Shown: positions 1 to 8,658, counted from the stretch's first letter. The stretch is 14,067 nt of DNA from Candidatus Bathyarchaeia archaeon (GCA_050012755.1 JBEKGO010000047.1:1-14067); one strand, 5' to 3'. Notes: generated from the letters alone by a model not told the origin. Made by a program: numbers and translations.

Positions 1-1489
1 AGTAAACATCACTGCAGGCAACCCTGTCTTATGCTGTTTCAACATGACGCAAGCACTTTGGGATAGTGGCAATTCTTTCGAATGGGGTCCGTCCCTAAAC
101 GGAGTTATTAATTTCGGACTGGGAGTTATGTGGGCAGAACCGGTGCCTACGCAAATTAATGGCGTGCCCATAAGCCCGACTCTCACTTTAGGTATGTCAG
201 GATCCTTTTCAGAAACTGTGCTAACTGGTAATACAGTTTTCCTCGCTTCAGGAGTCACTCACGCTGCGGCTCAACAGGGCGGATATATCATCTTGGCAGG
301 CATGAGTCAAACTGACGGTTCAGTACTATTCTGCAAGAACTACACGTACCCAGATTATCAGTGCTTACAACCGTTCCTCAACGTTAATTTCCAGGTCATA
401 AACGGACTCATGGTCTGGACCAACACTGGAAATTGGAAAATGGACGCTATCGACGGAGCAACTGGCAACAAAGTGTGGGAGACAACTCTCACAACCCCCT
501 ACGGTGACGGAACACCAAACATATACGCGCGCCTCGGTGGTCTAAACTTCTTGGCGCAAGCAAATGGCGTGCTGGGCTTCTACTCTTTCGGCGGAGACTT
601 GTGGGGTATTAACGCAACCACTGGAAAGCAAATATGGTACACGAATACAACGACACTCTTTGGAAACCCAGGGGTTGAAACACCTTACGGCGTGTGGCCA
701 CTTTGGACTTTCCCTGGGGATCAATGTTACTCAAACGACACCGTTTACTGTGCTATTGGTCATGAGTACGATCCGCCGCTGTTCCACGGTGCACAACTGC
801 TAGCTGTAAACTTGACAAATGGAAACCTAATCTGGAATGAACTAGGCTTTTACACTGTTAGCCTTTCAACTGCCTTTAACACTGTGTTTGCATTGAATTG
901 TTATGACAATCAGATATATGCTTTCGCCAAGGGACCAAGCGATACAACAGTTTCAGCGCCTAACGTAGGAGTCACAACTGCTACACCGATAACTATAGCA
1001 GGCACTGTAACAGACATTTCACCAGGCACGCAACAATCAGCAGTCAAACTGAACTTTCCCAACGGCGTCCCATGCGTTTCTGATGCAAGCGAAAGCAAAT
1101 TCATGGAATATGTCTACCAGAGCCAACCAGAAGCACTTAACACCACAGGCGTTCCAGTCACCTTAAGCGTTATAGATGCTAACAACAACTTCAGGACAAT
1201 CGGCACTACAACAAGCGACGCAAGCGGGCATTACTCGTACACATGGACACCTGACATACCAGGCAATTACACGATCATCGCATCATTCGCAGGATCCAAC
1301 TCATACTACGGATCAACAGCTGAAGCCAACTTCTACGCCAGCCTACCAACAGCAACATCCGCAGCAACCGCCGCACCAGTGACAGGCTTCGCAACCTCAT
1401 CAGACGTCATGTACGTTGGAGTGGCTATGATAGTAGTGATAATCATTATTGGTGCCGTATTAGCATTGCTGATGACGAGAAAACGGTAA
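1..1489 (+). CDS. PQQ-like beta-propeller surface protein with C-terminal Ig-like domain and membrane anchor (5'-partial)
   Basis: The frame is open from position 2 (VNITAGNPVLCCFNM...), so the true start lies upstream of the window. Trp-docking blade motifs AIDGATGNKVW, GINATTGKQIW and AVNLTNGNLIW. C-terminal GVPCVSDAS...YTWTPDIPGNYTIIASFAGS block, Thr/Ala linker, TM helix and basic RKR tail; I recall this architecture as an expanded Bathyarchaeia family. Confidence 0.85.
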   Translation, partial: VNITAGNPVLCCFNMTQALWDSGNSFEWGPSLNGVINFGLGVMWAEPVPTQINGVPISPTLTLGMSGSFSETVLTGNTVFLASGVTHAAAQQGGYIILAGMSQTDGSVLFCKNYTYPDYQCLQPFLNVNFQVINGLMVWTNTGNWKMDAIDGATGNKVWETTLTTPYGDGTPNIYARLGGLNFLAQANGVLGFYSFGGDLWGINATTGKQIWYTNTTTLFGNPGVETPYGVWPLWTFPGDQCYSNDTVYCAIGHEYDPPLFHGAQLLAVNLTNGNLIWNELGFYTVSLSTAFNTVFALNCYDNQIYAFAKGPSDTTVSAPNVGVTTATPITIAGTVTDISPGTQQSAVKLNFPNGVPCVSDASESKFMEYVYQSQPEALNTTGVPVTLSVIDANNNFRTIGTTTSDASGHYSYTWTPDIPGNYTIIASFAGSNSYYGSTAEANFYASLPTATSAATAAPVTGFATSSDVMYVGVAMIVVIIIIGAVLALLMTRKR

Positions 1490-1518
1490 AAACGACGCAG
1501 CATACAAAAAATCAATAT

Positions 1519-1533
1519 CCCTTCCCTTTTTTT
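1519..1533 (+). terminator. Pyrimidine/oligo-T terminator candidate
   Basis: CCCTTCCCTTTTTTT about 30 nt after the stop codon; archaeal oligo-U termination. Confidence 0.5.
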
Positions 1534-1781
1534 GGGAATATAAAAAATATAGTAAAAAAACGGGGCTGAGTAGGCTCTGGTTGAAATTACGCAGAAAGTT
1601 AGAGTTTTCGTTTTGCGTTTTCCTTCATTAAGTTTGTCCAAAGCCTCAGCAAACCCAAATCGGTAGAGAAAAGGTGAGTTATGAATTAGAAAAGGCAAGT
1701 TTTATTTGCTGGACTTCACCATATGGCAATTTTGGCTTGTTTTTGTGGTGCCTTAAACATCAAACTTGAAACCATCTTACA

Positions 1782-2924
1782 TCATAGCAGTTGCATAAAT
1801 GTTTCCGCAATGAAGCGTATCTGTTCTTCTGTAACGCCTGGATGTATTGGTAATGAGAGAACTTGGTTCGCTGCTTTTTCTGTTTCTGGAAGATTAAACT
1901 GTCCAAAAGTTTCCCGGTAATATGGCATTTGATGAACTGGCGTGGGATAATAAACTTCAGCGCCTATTCCTTTGCTATGCAATTCAGAAATTATGTTGTT
2001 TCGCTGGGTTTGGGTTGCATTTCTAATTCGTACAGTGTATAGATACCAGCTTGCTGTTCGATTGGCCAGTTGCGGGGGCAACTTTATTTTCTCCGACTTG
2101 CTCAGGAGCCTATTTAGGGCTTGAGCATTGCTGGTTCGTTTAGCCAAAAACTCAGGCAACCTTTTAAGCTGCACAATACCTATGGCCGCCTGAATCTCAG
2201 TCATTCGATAATTCGTTCCCAACATAAGCGAAGTATACTTGACTTTTTCCCCATGCGTCCTAACCATCCGCACCTTCTCAGCCAAATCGTCGTTATCTGT
2301 AGTTACAACTCCACCCTCACCAGTACCAATATTTTTGGCCGCGTAAAGGCTCCAGCAAGCTAAATCAGCGAGGAAACCTACGGGTTTTCCCTGATAGGTT
2401 GCGCCATGAGACTGAGCACAATCCTCAATGACAACGAGGCCGTGTTCGGCAGCAATTTCCCCTATAGGCTTAGTATCAGCAGGTAAACCATACAAGTCTA
2501 CAGGCACTACGGCCTTAGTTTTCTTTGTTACAGCTTTTTTGATGGCATTTGGGCTAAGATTGTAGGTTTCTGGATCGATATCTGCGAAGACCGGTTTGGC
2601 ACCTGTCATCACTACAGCTTCAGCGGTAGCCACAAACGTGAAAGCAGGCAATATGACTTCGTCACCCGCGCCTATTCCAGCAGCTAACATAGCGGCGTGA
2701 AGAGCAGCAGTTCCCGTGTTAACAGCTACAGCATGCCTAACACCTGCGAACGTTGCATAATTCTTTTCAAATTCTGAAACATTTGGACCTGTACCAAGTC
2801 CACTAGTGAGCATTCCACTTCGTAGAACTCGGACGACAGCTTCAATTTCCTCTTCGCCTATTTTAGGTCGATTAATCGGAATCAATTGGCTAACCTCTGA
2901 AACGTTAGATTTACTATGGCTCAT
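1782..2924 (-). CDS. DegT/DnrJ/EryC1/StrS family PLP-dependent sugar aminotransferase
   Basis: Motifs AVNTGTAALH, GDEVILPAFTFVAT, VIEDCAQSHGA, SLYAAKNIGTGEGG (PLP lysine), GTNYRMTEIQAAIG and LSLPIHP. Confidence 0.95.
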   Translation of the reverse strand: MSHSKSNVSEVSQLIPINRPKIGEEEIEAVVRVLRSGMLTSGLGTGPNVSEFEKNYATFAGVRHAVAVNTGTAALHAAMLAAGIGAGDEVILPAFTFVATAEAVVMTGAKPVFADIDPETYNLSPNAIKKAVTKKTKAVVPVDLYGLPADTKPIGEIAAEHGLVVIEDCAQSHGATYQGKPVGFLADLACWSLYAAKNIGTGEGGVVTTDNDDLAEKVRMVRTHGEKVKYTSLMLGTNYRMTEIQAAIGIVQLKRLPEFLAKRTSNAQALNRLLSKSEKIKLPPQLANRTASWYLYTVRIRNATQTQRNNIISELHSKGIGAEVYYPTPVHQMPYYRETFGQFNLPETEKAANQVLSLPIHPGVTEEQIRFIAETFMQLL

Positions 2925-3064
2925 TTATTTCAAGTTATCTGTGATCGAGTTTTAGAGCACACAAATAATGAACAAATTAACCGAAATGTCAAAACTTGCA
3001 CTTTTCCTCGGCATTGCCTGTACCGAAATTATTATCGTGCAATTGTAAATCTAACTTTTTGAAT

Positions 3065-3292
3065 TTAGTTTGTTTGTATTTGTTCTTCTTGATTGGAAAT
3101 AACAACTAACTCGAATTCCTCTTGCTTTGCTGGCGTTTTGTTGATTGGTTTGTGCATTTGCTTTGCTTTTGGTGATCTTGATTGCCCTATCCATGAGAGA
3201 GTCCAACCGACGATAAATACAACCATAAGAATGGGTGCCAGCAGGGCTAATGTGAGTTTGTTGCGTTTTTTTCTTTTGGGTGGTTTTGTCAT
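3065..3292 (-). CDS. Small single-pass membrane protein, hypothetical (75 aa)
   Basis: Basic N-terminus KRKKRNK, hydrophobic helix LTLALLAPILMVVFIVGWTLSWIG and charged tail; TATA/BRE upstream. Confidence 0.7.
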   Translation of the reverse strand: MTKPPKRKKRNKLTLALLAPILMVVFIVGWTLSWIGQSRSPKAKQMHKPINKTPAKQEEFELVVISNQEEQIQTN

Positions 3293-3329
3293 TTCGGTGC
3301 CTGCTGCTTATCTTATTACTTAATTCTTG

Positions 3330-3346
3330 ATATATAAGTCTTTTTT
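3330..3346 (-). promoter_or_regulatory. BRE/TATA promoter for the 75-aa membrane protein gene
   Basis: Minus strand reads AAAAAAGACTTATATAT about 40 nt upstream of the ATG at 3292. Confidence 0.55.
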
Positions 3347-3431
3347 AATTGGCGCAATCAACTCACCAGTGATGAATAATTAACCTCTCATAACTACAAA
3401 AAAATAGAAATAAGCCTTAACTTTCGACAGG

Positions 3432-3557
3432 CTATTTTACTACTTTGAAGTGGTTGCAACAGTTATGGCATGTGTAAGCTTCAACGGAGAAGACTTTATT
3501 CGCGAATGATTTGTCAGGTTCTTCAACATCTTTGCCGCATTTAGGACACTTAGTCAT
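3432..3557 (-). CDS. 41-aa CPxCG zinc-ribbon microprotein with Cren7-like layout (not in ORF track)
   Basis: Hand translation: MTKCPKCGKDVEEPDKSFANKVFSVEAYTCHNCCNHFKVVK*. CPKC...CHNC knuckle pair; oligo-T tract downstream on the minus strand (3398-3410). Confidence 0.8.
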   Translation of the reverse strand: MTKCPKCGKDVEEPDKSFANKVFSVEAYTCHNCCNHFKVVK

Positions 3558-3567
3558 ATCAAGCGCT

Positions 3568-3590
3568 CAGTACGGTACTATACCGTACTG
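3568..3590. repeat. Perfect 10-bp inverted repeat with 3-nt spacer
   Basis: CAGTACGGTA-CTA-TACCGTACTG, 10 nt upstream of the ATG at 3557. Confidence 0.85.
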
Positions 3591-3728
3591 TAAGAGTGCT
3601 ATCCACTTGAAGTTATGTTGGCACAATTTGATACAACAAACCATCCCGATAGACGAATTAAGTCACTGCATGGTGTTCATTAATTGTTATTCAGCTAAAA
3701 GAAACTAATAGAAACGTTTACTTTACAA

Positions 3729-4592
3729 CTATAAATCCAACGCTGGGACAGTTTTTCCGGGTATAGTTTTTCGTTCAGTTATGTCTCGGATTAGGGCTAT
3801 GGAATACAAACGATTGTTTTCTTCAAAAACTGACGCGTGCATTTCAACAGTTCTCTCTTCGCCTGAACCATTTTTAAGAGGCAGTCTAATTTTCTTTCCA
3901 ACATGTTTACCTTCATTTTGGGATGCAAATTTCCTGATTCCCTCAAGCACATATTGCTTCGATGCTTTTGGAAATTGCTGGCTGAATCTTTCAAAGAAAA
4001 CCTGGCCAATCACTTCTCTTGTGCATCTAAACATTTGTAGCGCGGCTTCGTTCAGGTTTGTTATTTTTCCGTCGTCATCTATTACGATGATGGCGTCGCT
4101 TGATGCTTCAAAGATTGCGCGGAACCGCGCCTCGCTTTGTTTTGCAAGTTCTTGCGCCTTCGCATTGTCTGCAGCCTGTTCAATACTGGATGCGAGTTCC
4201 GTATAAACTGCCTCGGGATCCCCATTCTTGTTCAAGTATCTGAACGCACCAAGGTTCAGTGCTTTGACTGCCACCTCCTCTCGACCCCTCCCTGTAAAAA
4301 GTATGAACGGCGGGCTTTTTGCAATCTTCTTTAATTCTTCAAGAAATTGGAGTCCGTTTTTTCCAGGCATTTCATAATCTGAAACAACAACGTCATAATG
4401 AAACTGCTTCAGTTTCTCGAAGGCTTCATAGACGGAGGCAGCTGTTTCAACCTTAATTTTACCATCCATTTCCAAAATTTGCTTGGAGACATTCAAAAAA
4501 GAGTCGTCGTCATCAACGTGCAAAACTCTCAAGAAACATTCAGTATCAGTTAACTTCAACTCAATTATTGGCCGAAAAGTTGTTTCAGCCAT
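3729..4592 (-). CDS. Response regulator, receiver (REC) plus PAS domain, no kinase or DNA-binding output
   Basis: VLHVDDDD, phosphoacceptor VVSDYEMPGKNG, FTGRG and YLNK; PAS FRAIFEASSDAIIVIDDDGKITNLNEAA...RDITERK. The start is uncertain (ATG 4592 preferred; ORF extends to 4667). Confidence 0.9.
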   Translation of the reverse strand: MAETTFRPIIELKLTDTECFLRVLHVDDDDSFLNVSKQILEMDGKIKVETAASVYEAFEKLKQFHYDVVVSDYEMPGKNGLQFLEELKKIAKSPPFILFTGRGREEVAVKALNLGAFRYLNKNGDPEAVYTELASSIEQAADNAKAQELAKQSEARFRAIFEASSDAIIVIDDDGKITNLNEAALQMFRCTREVIGQVFFERFSQQFPKASKQYVLEGIRKFASQNEGKHVGKKIRLPLKNGSGEERTVEMHASVFEENNRLYSIALIRDITERKTIPGKTVPALDL

Positions 4593-5263
4593 TTGAGTTC
4601 CCGCTTCTAGGAACAGGTTGTCAGAGTTAGTTCTCTGTAGTTGTGTTGTACTGTTCATTTGTTGCACTCTGCTACATTAAGCCACTATCGCAAGTCTTAA
4701 TATATACGTTATTTTGATATTCGACATATTATAGAATATGATATATTCCCAAAACTGACATATGCTCTTGCTGCACACGTATTGCTGTTTATATATCGGT
4801 TCTCTTAAACGCTACGTTTCTATGGGCTCTACACAAAAAACCTAATGAGCGATGCCTGCAAGGGTGTTTTTCTCTATTGGCTCAACAAAACATGTTATGA
4901 TTTGGTAGTCTCTAAATACCTGCCTCAGGCAGAATAGAAACCTCTTGTTGTTTTTCTGGAAATATTGCGTTTTTCGAAATATCCCTTATATGCTTTTTCG
5001 CTGCTTGCATGAATAAAGAAGAAAAAAGAGGAGAAAGGGATGGCTTCAAATTTACATTTGAAGGAAAATTTGAGAGAGCGTTTTGTTGGTTGGGGCCATT
5101 CTGCTTGTTTTCGTCTAAATTTCACGGACTTAAATAGAAAAAACCTAAAGGAAGCTACACCGCAAAATGGTGGCTCTCTTGGGAGAGGGGTAAGCAAGGG
5201 GTTTGAAATGTAGTTAGGGTTCTCTTTTCATATCCACTTCCGTCAGGAGGGGTTTTTTAGTGC

Positions 5264-5297
5264 TAGCCAAGCTTAATTTGGCTAAAGAGCTTTAACT
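5264..5297 (+). promoter_or_regulatory. Inverted repeat beside the putative TATA box of the wHTH gene
   Basis: TAGCCAA(5264-5270)-7 nt-TTGGCTA(5278-5284), then CTTTAACT at 5290-5297; start codon at 5334. Confidence 0.4.
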
Positions 5298-5333
5298 GTT
5301 GACCAAAAAATTCTTCAGACTATCGTGATCTAA

Positions 5334-5645
5334 TTGGGCAAGAATCGTGATCGAATAAGTATTATTGCTGCAATTTTGGAAGCTGCAAATTCAGGGTCAA
5401 CTAAGACACGCATAATGTTTAATGCGAATTTGAGTTTCATGCTTCTGGAAAAATACCTCAGCGTAAGTGTTAGCGCTGGTTTTGTTAGAGTTGAAGGCCC
5501 AATCTACAAGTTAACCGTGCGCGGTCAAGAATACCTAAAACAGTACAAACTCTTTGAGGAACGCTACATAAGAGCATCAAAAAGACTTGAAGCAACTACT
5601 CCTGCCTCTCAGTACTTTAGGGATGTAAGCGCATCGTGGATCTGA
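5334..5645 (+). CDS. Archaeal winged helix-turn-helix protein (HTH_45-like); C-terminus possibly not original
   Basis: RDRISIIAAILEAANSGSTKTRIMFNANLSF...KYL...YKLTVRGQEYL is the typical small archaeal wHTH pattern. The last 69 bp overlap the antisense radical SAM gene. Confidence 0.85.
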   Translation: MGKNRDRISIIAAILEAANSGSTKTRIMFNANLSFMLLEKYLSVSVSAGFVRVEGPIYKLTVRGQEYLKQYKLFEERYIRASKRLEATTPASQYFRDVSASWI

Positions 5646-6662
5646 ACCCAGAATATCGCCTGTATAAAAAAGCGCTGACGATCGGCAGCCTCCACAAATT
5701 TCGCGGTATTCACAAACGCCGCATTTGCCTTTCAGATTGTTTTTATCTTTAGCTTTATTGAAAAACTCGCTGCTTTGCATTTCCGCCCATATTTGCTTAA
5801 GCGATTTATCTTTGATGTTTCCAAGTCTGTAGGCGTCATTGTAGCTGCAAGGTATTACATCGCCATTTTCTGCAACACTCATGAATTTGCCAAAGAAACA
5901 TCTGCCTAAAAAGAAGTTGTTATACCAGTTTTCAAAGTCAGGCATTCCTCGCTGTTTTGCAACGCGGGCGTAGAAGGGAATGTAAATGTTGATTCCAGGC
6001 TTGCCCTTGTATTCAGCAGTTAAATCATAGAGTCTGTTGCATACCCACTCGTACTGTTGCGGCGTGGGGTCGGCTTTGAGGGTGCTTTTGTCTTTGCTGT
6101 AGGGTATGAAACCGTGAAAGACCACCCAGCGGGCTTCGTATTTGCGGGCTAAATCAAGCACATGACGCATATCCTCCTCGTTAACGTTTGTGACTTTGCC
6201 AGCGTTGGCAAACGTGTAAACCAGGCAGTTTAACAGTTTCTCACGGGAAAACGTCTCAATCGCAGAAACCGCAGCGGCATAAGCACCTTTTCCACGGATG
6301 GCATCATTTGTTTTCTCTGAGCCGTCAATGCTGACTGAAATTTTAACTTCATTTTTAACGATGTTTTCAACGGCTTTCTGATCCATTAATCGTCCATCAG
6401 TTATGATACTGGCGTTTAAACCAAGCTTCCGAGCGTGACCGATGACTTCGAAAAGGTCTTTGCGCAGAAAAGGCTGCCCACCTGTGATTCCAAAGAAGCT
6501 TGCGCCAAAATCGTTTACTTGATCAACAATTTTTTTTGCGTCTGCAGTACCTAATTCGTCTGCAACTGCTGTTTTACATGCTGAAATACAGTGAACGCAA
6601 TTGCTTTCACATGCGAATGTGCATCGCCAAGGAACGATAAACAAGGGACCTTTATTTTTCAA
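5577..6662 (-). CDS. Radical SAM/SPASM domain protein (PqqE/AhbD/NirJ-like superfamily)
   Basis: CxxxCxxC (CESNCVHC), TGGQP and SVSIDG; SPASM cysteines GRCFFG...VIPC...CGVCEYREICGGCR...DPRC; GGAG 9 nt upstream of the TTG start. Confidence 0.93.
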   Translation of the reverse strand: MKNKGPLFIVPWRCTFACESNCVHCISACKTAVADELGTADAKKIVDQVNDFGASFFGITGGQPFLRKDLFEVIGHARKLGLNASIITDGRLMDQKAVENIVKNEVKISVSIDGSEKTNDAIRGKGAYAAAVSAIETFSREKLLNCLVYTFANAGKVTNVNEEDMRHVLDLARKYEARWVVFHGFIPYSKDKSTLKADPTPQQYEWVCNRLYDLTAEYKGKPGINIYIPFYARVAKQRGMPDFENWYNNFFLGRCFFGKFMSVAENGDVIPCSYNDAYRLGNIKDKSLKQIWAEMQSSEFFNKAKDKNNLKGKCGVCEYREICGGCRSSALFYTGDILGSDPRCAYIPKVLRGRSSCFKSF

Positions 6663-6777
6663 GCCTTATTTCTCCAAGGAGCCTTTATTTGCTAATTCAA
6701 AACAAGTATTTGGGTATTTAATGCTTCACAGTCTTTTATGGTTTTTTCGAGTCTACCTAGAAGAAGGAAGATTGAAA

Positions 6778-6999
6778 TTAGCACCGTGTCCTACTTCTTC
6801 CAAGCTTGAGTTGTTTTAGGCAGACCAGCAATCTATCAGTTGTCATAATGATAAGCAATAACAAAAGTGGACATGATGAAAATTCTGCAACTGTAGGTGT
6901 TGGAGTAGCGGAGATAGAGGTTAAAGGGATGGAATTTGCATCTATAGGCAAAGAACTTGAATTAACAACTCATGAAATATCGATTCAAAGATTCGTTGG
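6778..6999 (-). pseudogene. Orphan C-terminal remnant of a surface protein with a PEF-CTERM-like sorting tail
   Basis: Minus frame reads PTNL*IDIS*VVNSSSLPIDANSIPLTSISATPTPTVAEFSSCPLLLLLIIMTTDRLLVCLKQLKLGRSRTRC*: Ser/Thr/Pro linker, VAEF (cf. VPEF), hydrophobic stretch and basic tail, with two upstream TGA stops and no N-terminal part. Confidence 0.55.
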
Positions 7000-7002
7000 A
7001 AT

Positions 7003-7599
7003 ATGTCTGTAGGCTTAATTGGAGTTCTGCTCATTGCAACTCCAGCTCTTAGCAACCTCATACAGGCTTAAAACCAAGATCCATTTTCAGAGTTTTATAT
7101 TTTAGGTCCCCGAGAAGGCGGCTAGTAACTATCTCTTTAGCATTGGTGTAGGCCAAAATTACTCTGGTTATATTGACGTTGGAAACCATTGGGACTCGTT
7201 AGCATACTACAAGGTATATGTGAGGCTTCTTAATCAAACAGACATATTGCCTAATGCCACAACTGATATGCCAAGTCCGCTTCCACCAGCATATGAATAT
7301 TGTTTTCTTTGTTCAAGATAGTCGAACTGAAGAAAATCCCTTAAATTTGCAGTTCGTGAGGGGTCCATAAATGGAAATCAGTCTTTAATCAGCAAAATAA
7401 TAATAAACGATAACGTAATCAATATTGCCAAGCTTCCATTCTAGAAACAAATAAAACTGCATACGGAACTGTAAGTTTCTGCCCCTACCAGCTCTCTATG
7501 GAGCTTTGGATTTACAATAACAAATCTAATTCATTTGAGTACAATAACCGTTCACTGCAACTGTTGCTAAATTTCACAAGCAATGCACTTACATCCTAA
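7003..7599 (+). pseudogene. DUF1616-like membrane protein pseudogene
   Basis: Stitched frames: SVGLIGVLLIATPALSNLIQA*(7069-7071)NQDPFSEFYILGP / shift ~7110 / EKAASNYLFSIGVGQNYSGYIDVGNHWDSLAYYKVYVRLLNQTDILPNATTDMPSPLPPAYEY / shifts ~7310 and ~7346 / GNQSLISKIIIND...*(7442-7444) / YQLSMELWIYNNKSNSFEYNNRSLQLLLNFT. FSEFYILG, NH and ELWIY motifs match DUF1616 as I recall it. Confidence 0.8.
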
Positions 7600-7692
7600 A
7601 CGATTACATGTTAATTTTGGATTATTTACATCGTGGAAATATGCCTTAGATAATAGTTTAGAAGGTAAAAGATTACTGTGGCGAGTGAGGGA

Positions 7693-8658
7693 ATGGATAA
7701 GGTATTGATCACAGGCGGCGGGGGCTTTGTCGGAAGCCACTTAGCGAGAACACTAAAACAACAAGGAAATTTTGTACGAATAGCTGACATTAAATTCGAT
7801 GAATATTTGAAAGAGAAGTATTACTCTGAGAAGCTGACATTGGACCTTAGAGTTTGGGAAAACTGTCTTAAAGCTACAGACGGAATGGAAAAAGTCTACA
7901 ATCTTGCGGCCAACATGGGTGGAATTGGTTTTATTACTGAAATTGGAGCAGAAGTTATGCACGACAATGTCTTGATTAATACTCTAATGCTTGAAGCAGC
8001 TAGAAGAAACAAAGTAAAACGATATTTATACACCTCATCGGCTTGTGTGTACCCAACCTATAGACAAACAAACCCAGAATTGTCAGGGCTAAAAGAAGAA
8101 GATGCTTATCCAGCTGACCCGGACAACTTTTATGGCTGGGAAAAACTTTACACTGAAAAATTATGCGAAGCTTACCAGCGTGACTACAAAATGAACATAC
8201 GCGTACTTCGTTATCATAATATTTACGGCCCAGAAGGAACCTATAAAGGTGGGCGAGAAAAATCGCCTGCTGCCATTTGCCGAAAAGTCTCCGAAGCAAC
8301 AAATCTGGGAACGATCGACATTTGGGGTGATGGAAAACAAACCCGATCATATTGTTATGTTGATGATGCTGTTAAAGGAACAATAACTCTGATGGAATCA
8401 GATTATGATAAACCCATAAACATAGGTTCAGATAGGCTCGTCAGCATAAATACATTAGCAGATATGGTAATAAGGATCTCAGGAAAAAAGATATCAAAGA
8501 AATATGACCTTTCTGCGCCGCAGGGAGTTCGAGGAAGAAACGCGGATTTGACTTTAGTCAAAAAAGCGCTGAAATGGGAACCTCAAGTATCTCTAGAAGT
8601 TGGACTTGCAAAAACTTATAGTTGGATAGACGCACAGGTTGCCTTAGACAAACAATAA
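7693..8658 (+). CDS. NAD-dependent epimerase, GDP-mannose 3,5-epimerase (GME)-like
   Basis: TGGGGFVG Rossmann motif, LAANMGGIGFI, SSACVYP, YGWEK (YxxxK), GGREKSPAAICRK, IWGDGKQTRS and PQGVRGRN. Start is ATG 7693 or GTG 7678. Confidence 0.9.
   Translation: MDKVLITGGGGFVGSHLARTLKQQGNFVRIADIKFDEYLKEKYYSEKLTLDLRVWENCLKATDGMEKVYNLAANMGGIGFITEIGAEVMHDNVLINTLMLEAARRNKVKRYLYTSSACVYPTYRQTNPELSGLKEEDAYPADPDNFYGWEKLYTEKLCEAYQRDYKMNIRVLRYHNIYGPEGTYKGGREKSPAAICRKVSEATNLGTIDIWGDGKQTRSYCYVDDAVKGTITLMESDYDKPINIGSDRLVSINTLADMVIRISGKKISKKYDLSAPQGVRGRNADLTLVKKALKWEPQVSLEVGLAKTYSWIDAQVALDKQ

Noticed and set aside
542-4334. Short alternative-frame/antisense ORFs (542-724, 564-803, 910-1104, 1176-1382, 1333-1698, 1723-1920, 2121-2363, 3093-3323, 3511-3708, 3781-4206, 3797-4009, 4137-4334)
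   Set aside because: They overlap better-supported genes and have no motifs or expression signals.
5577-6662. RiPP cluster (radical SAM/SPASM plus Cys-rich precursor)
   Set aside because: No adjacent precursor, PqqD/RRE domain, protease or transporter. The small Cys-rich ORFs are kilobases away and look like metal-binding folds.
7003-7599. Stop-codon recoding (Pyl/Sec) in the DUF1616-like gene
   Set aside because: The lesions include a TAA and several frameshifts, which indicates decay or sequence error rather than recoding.
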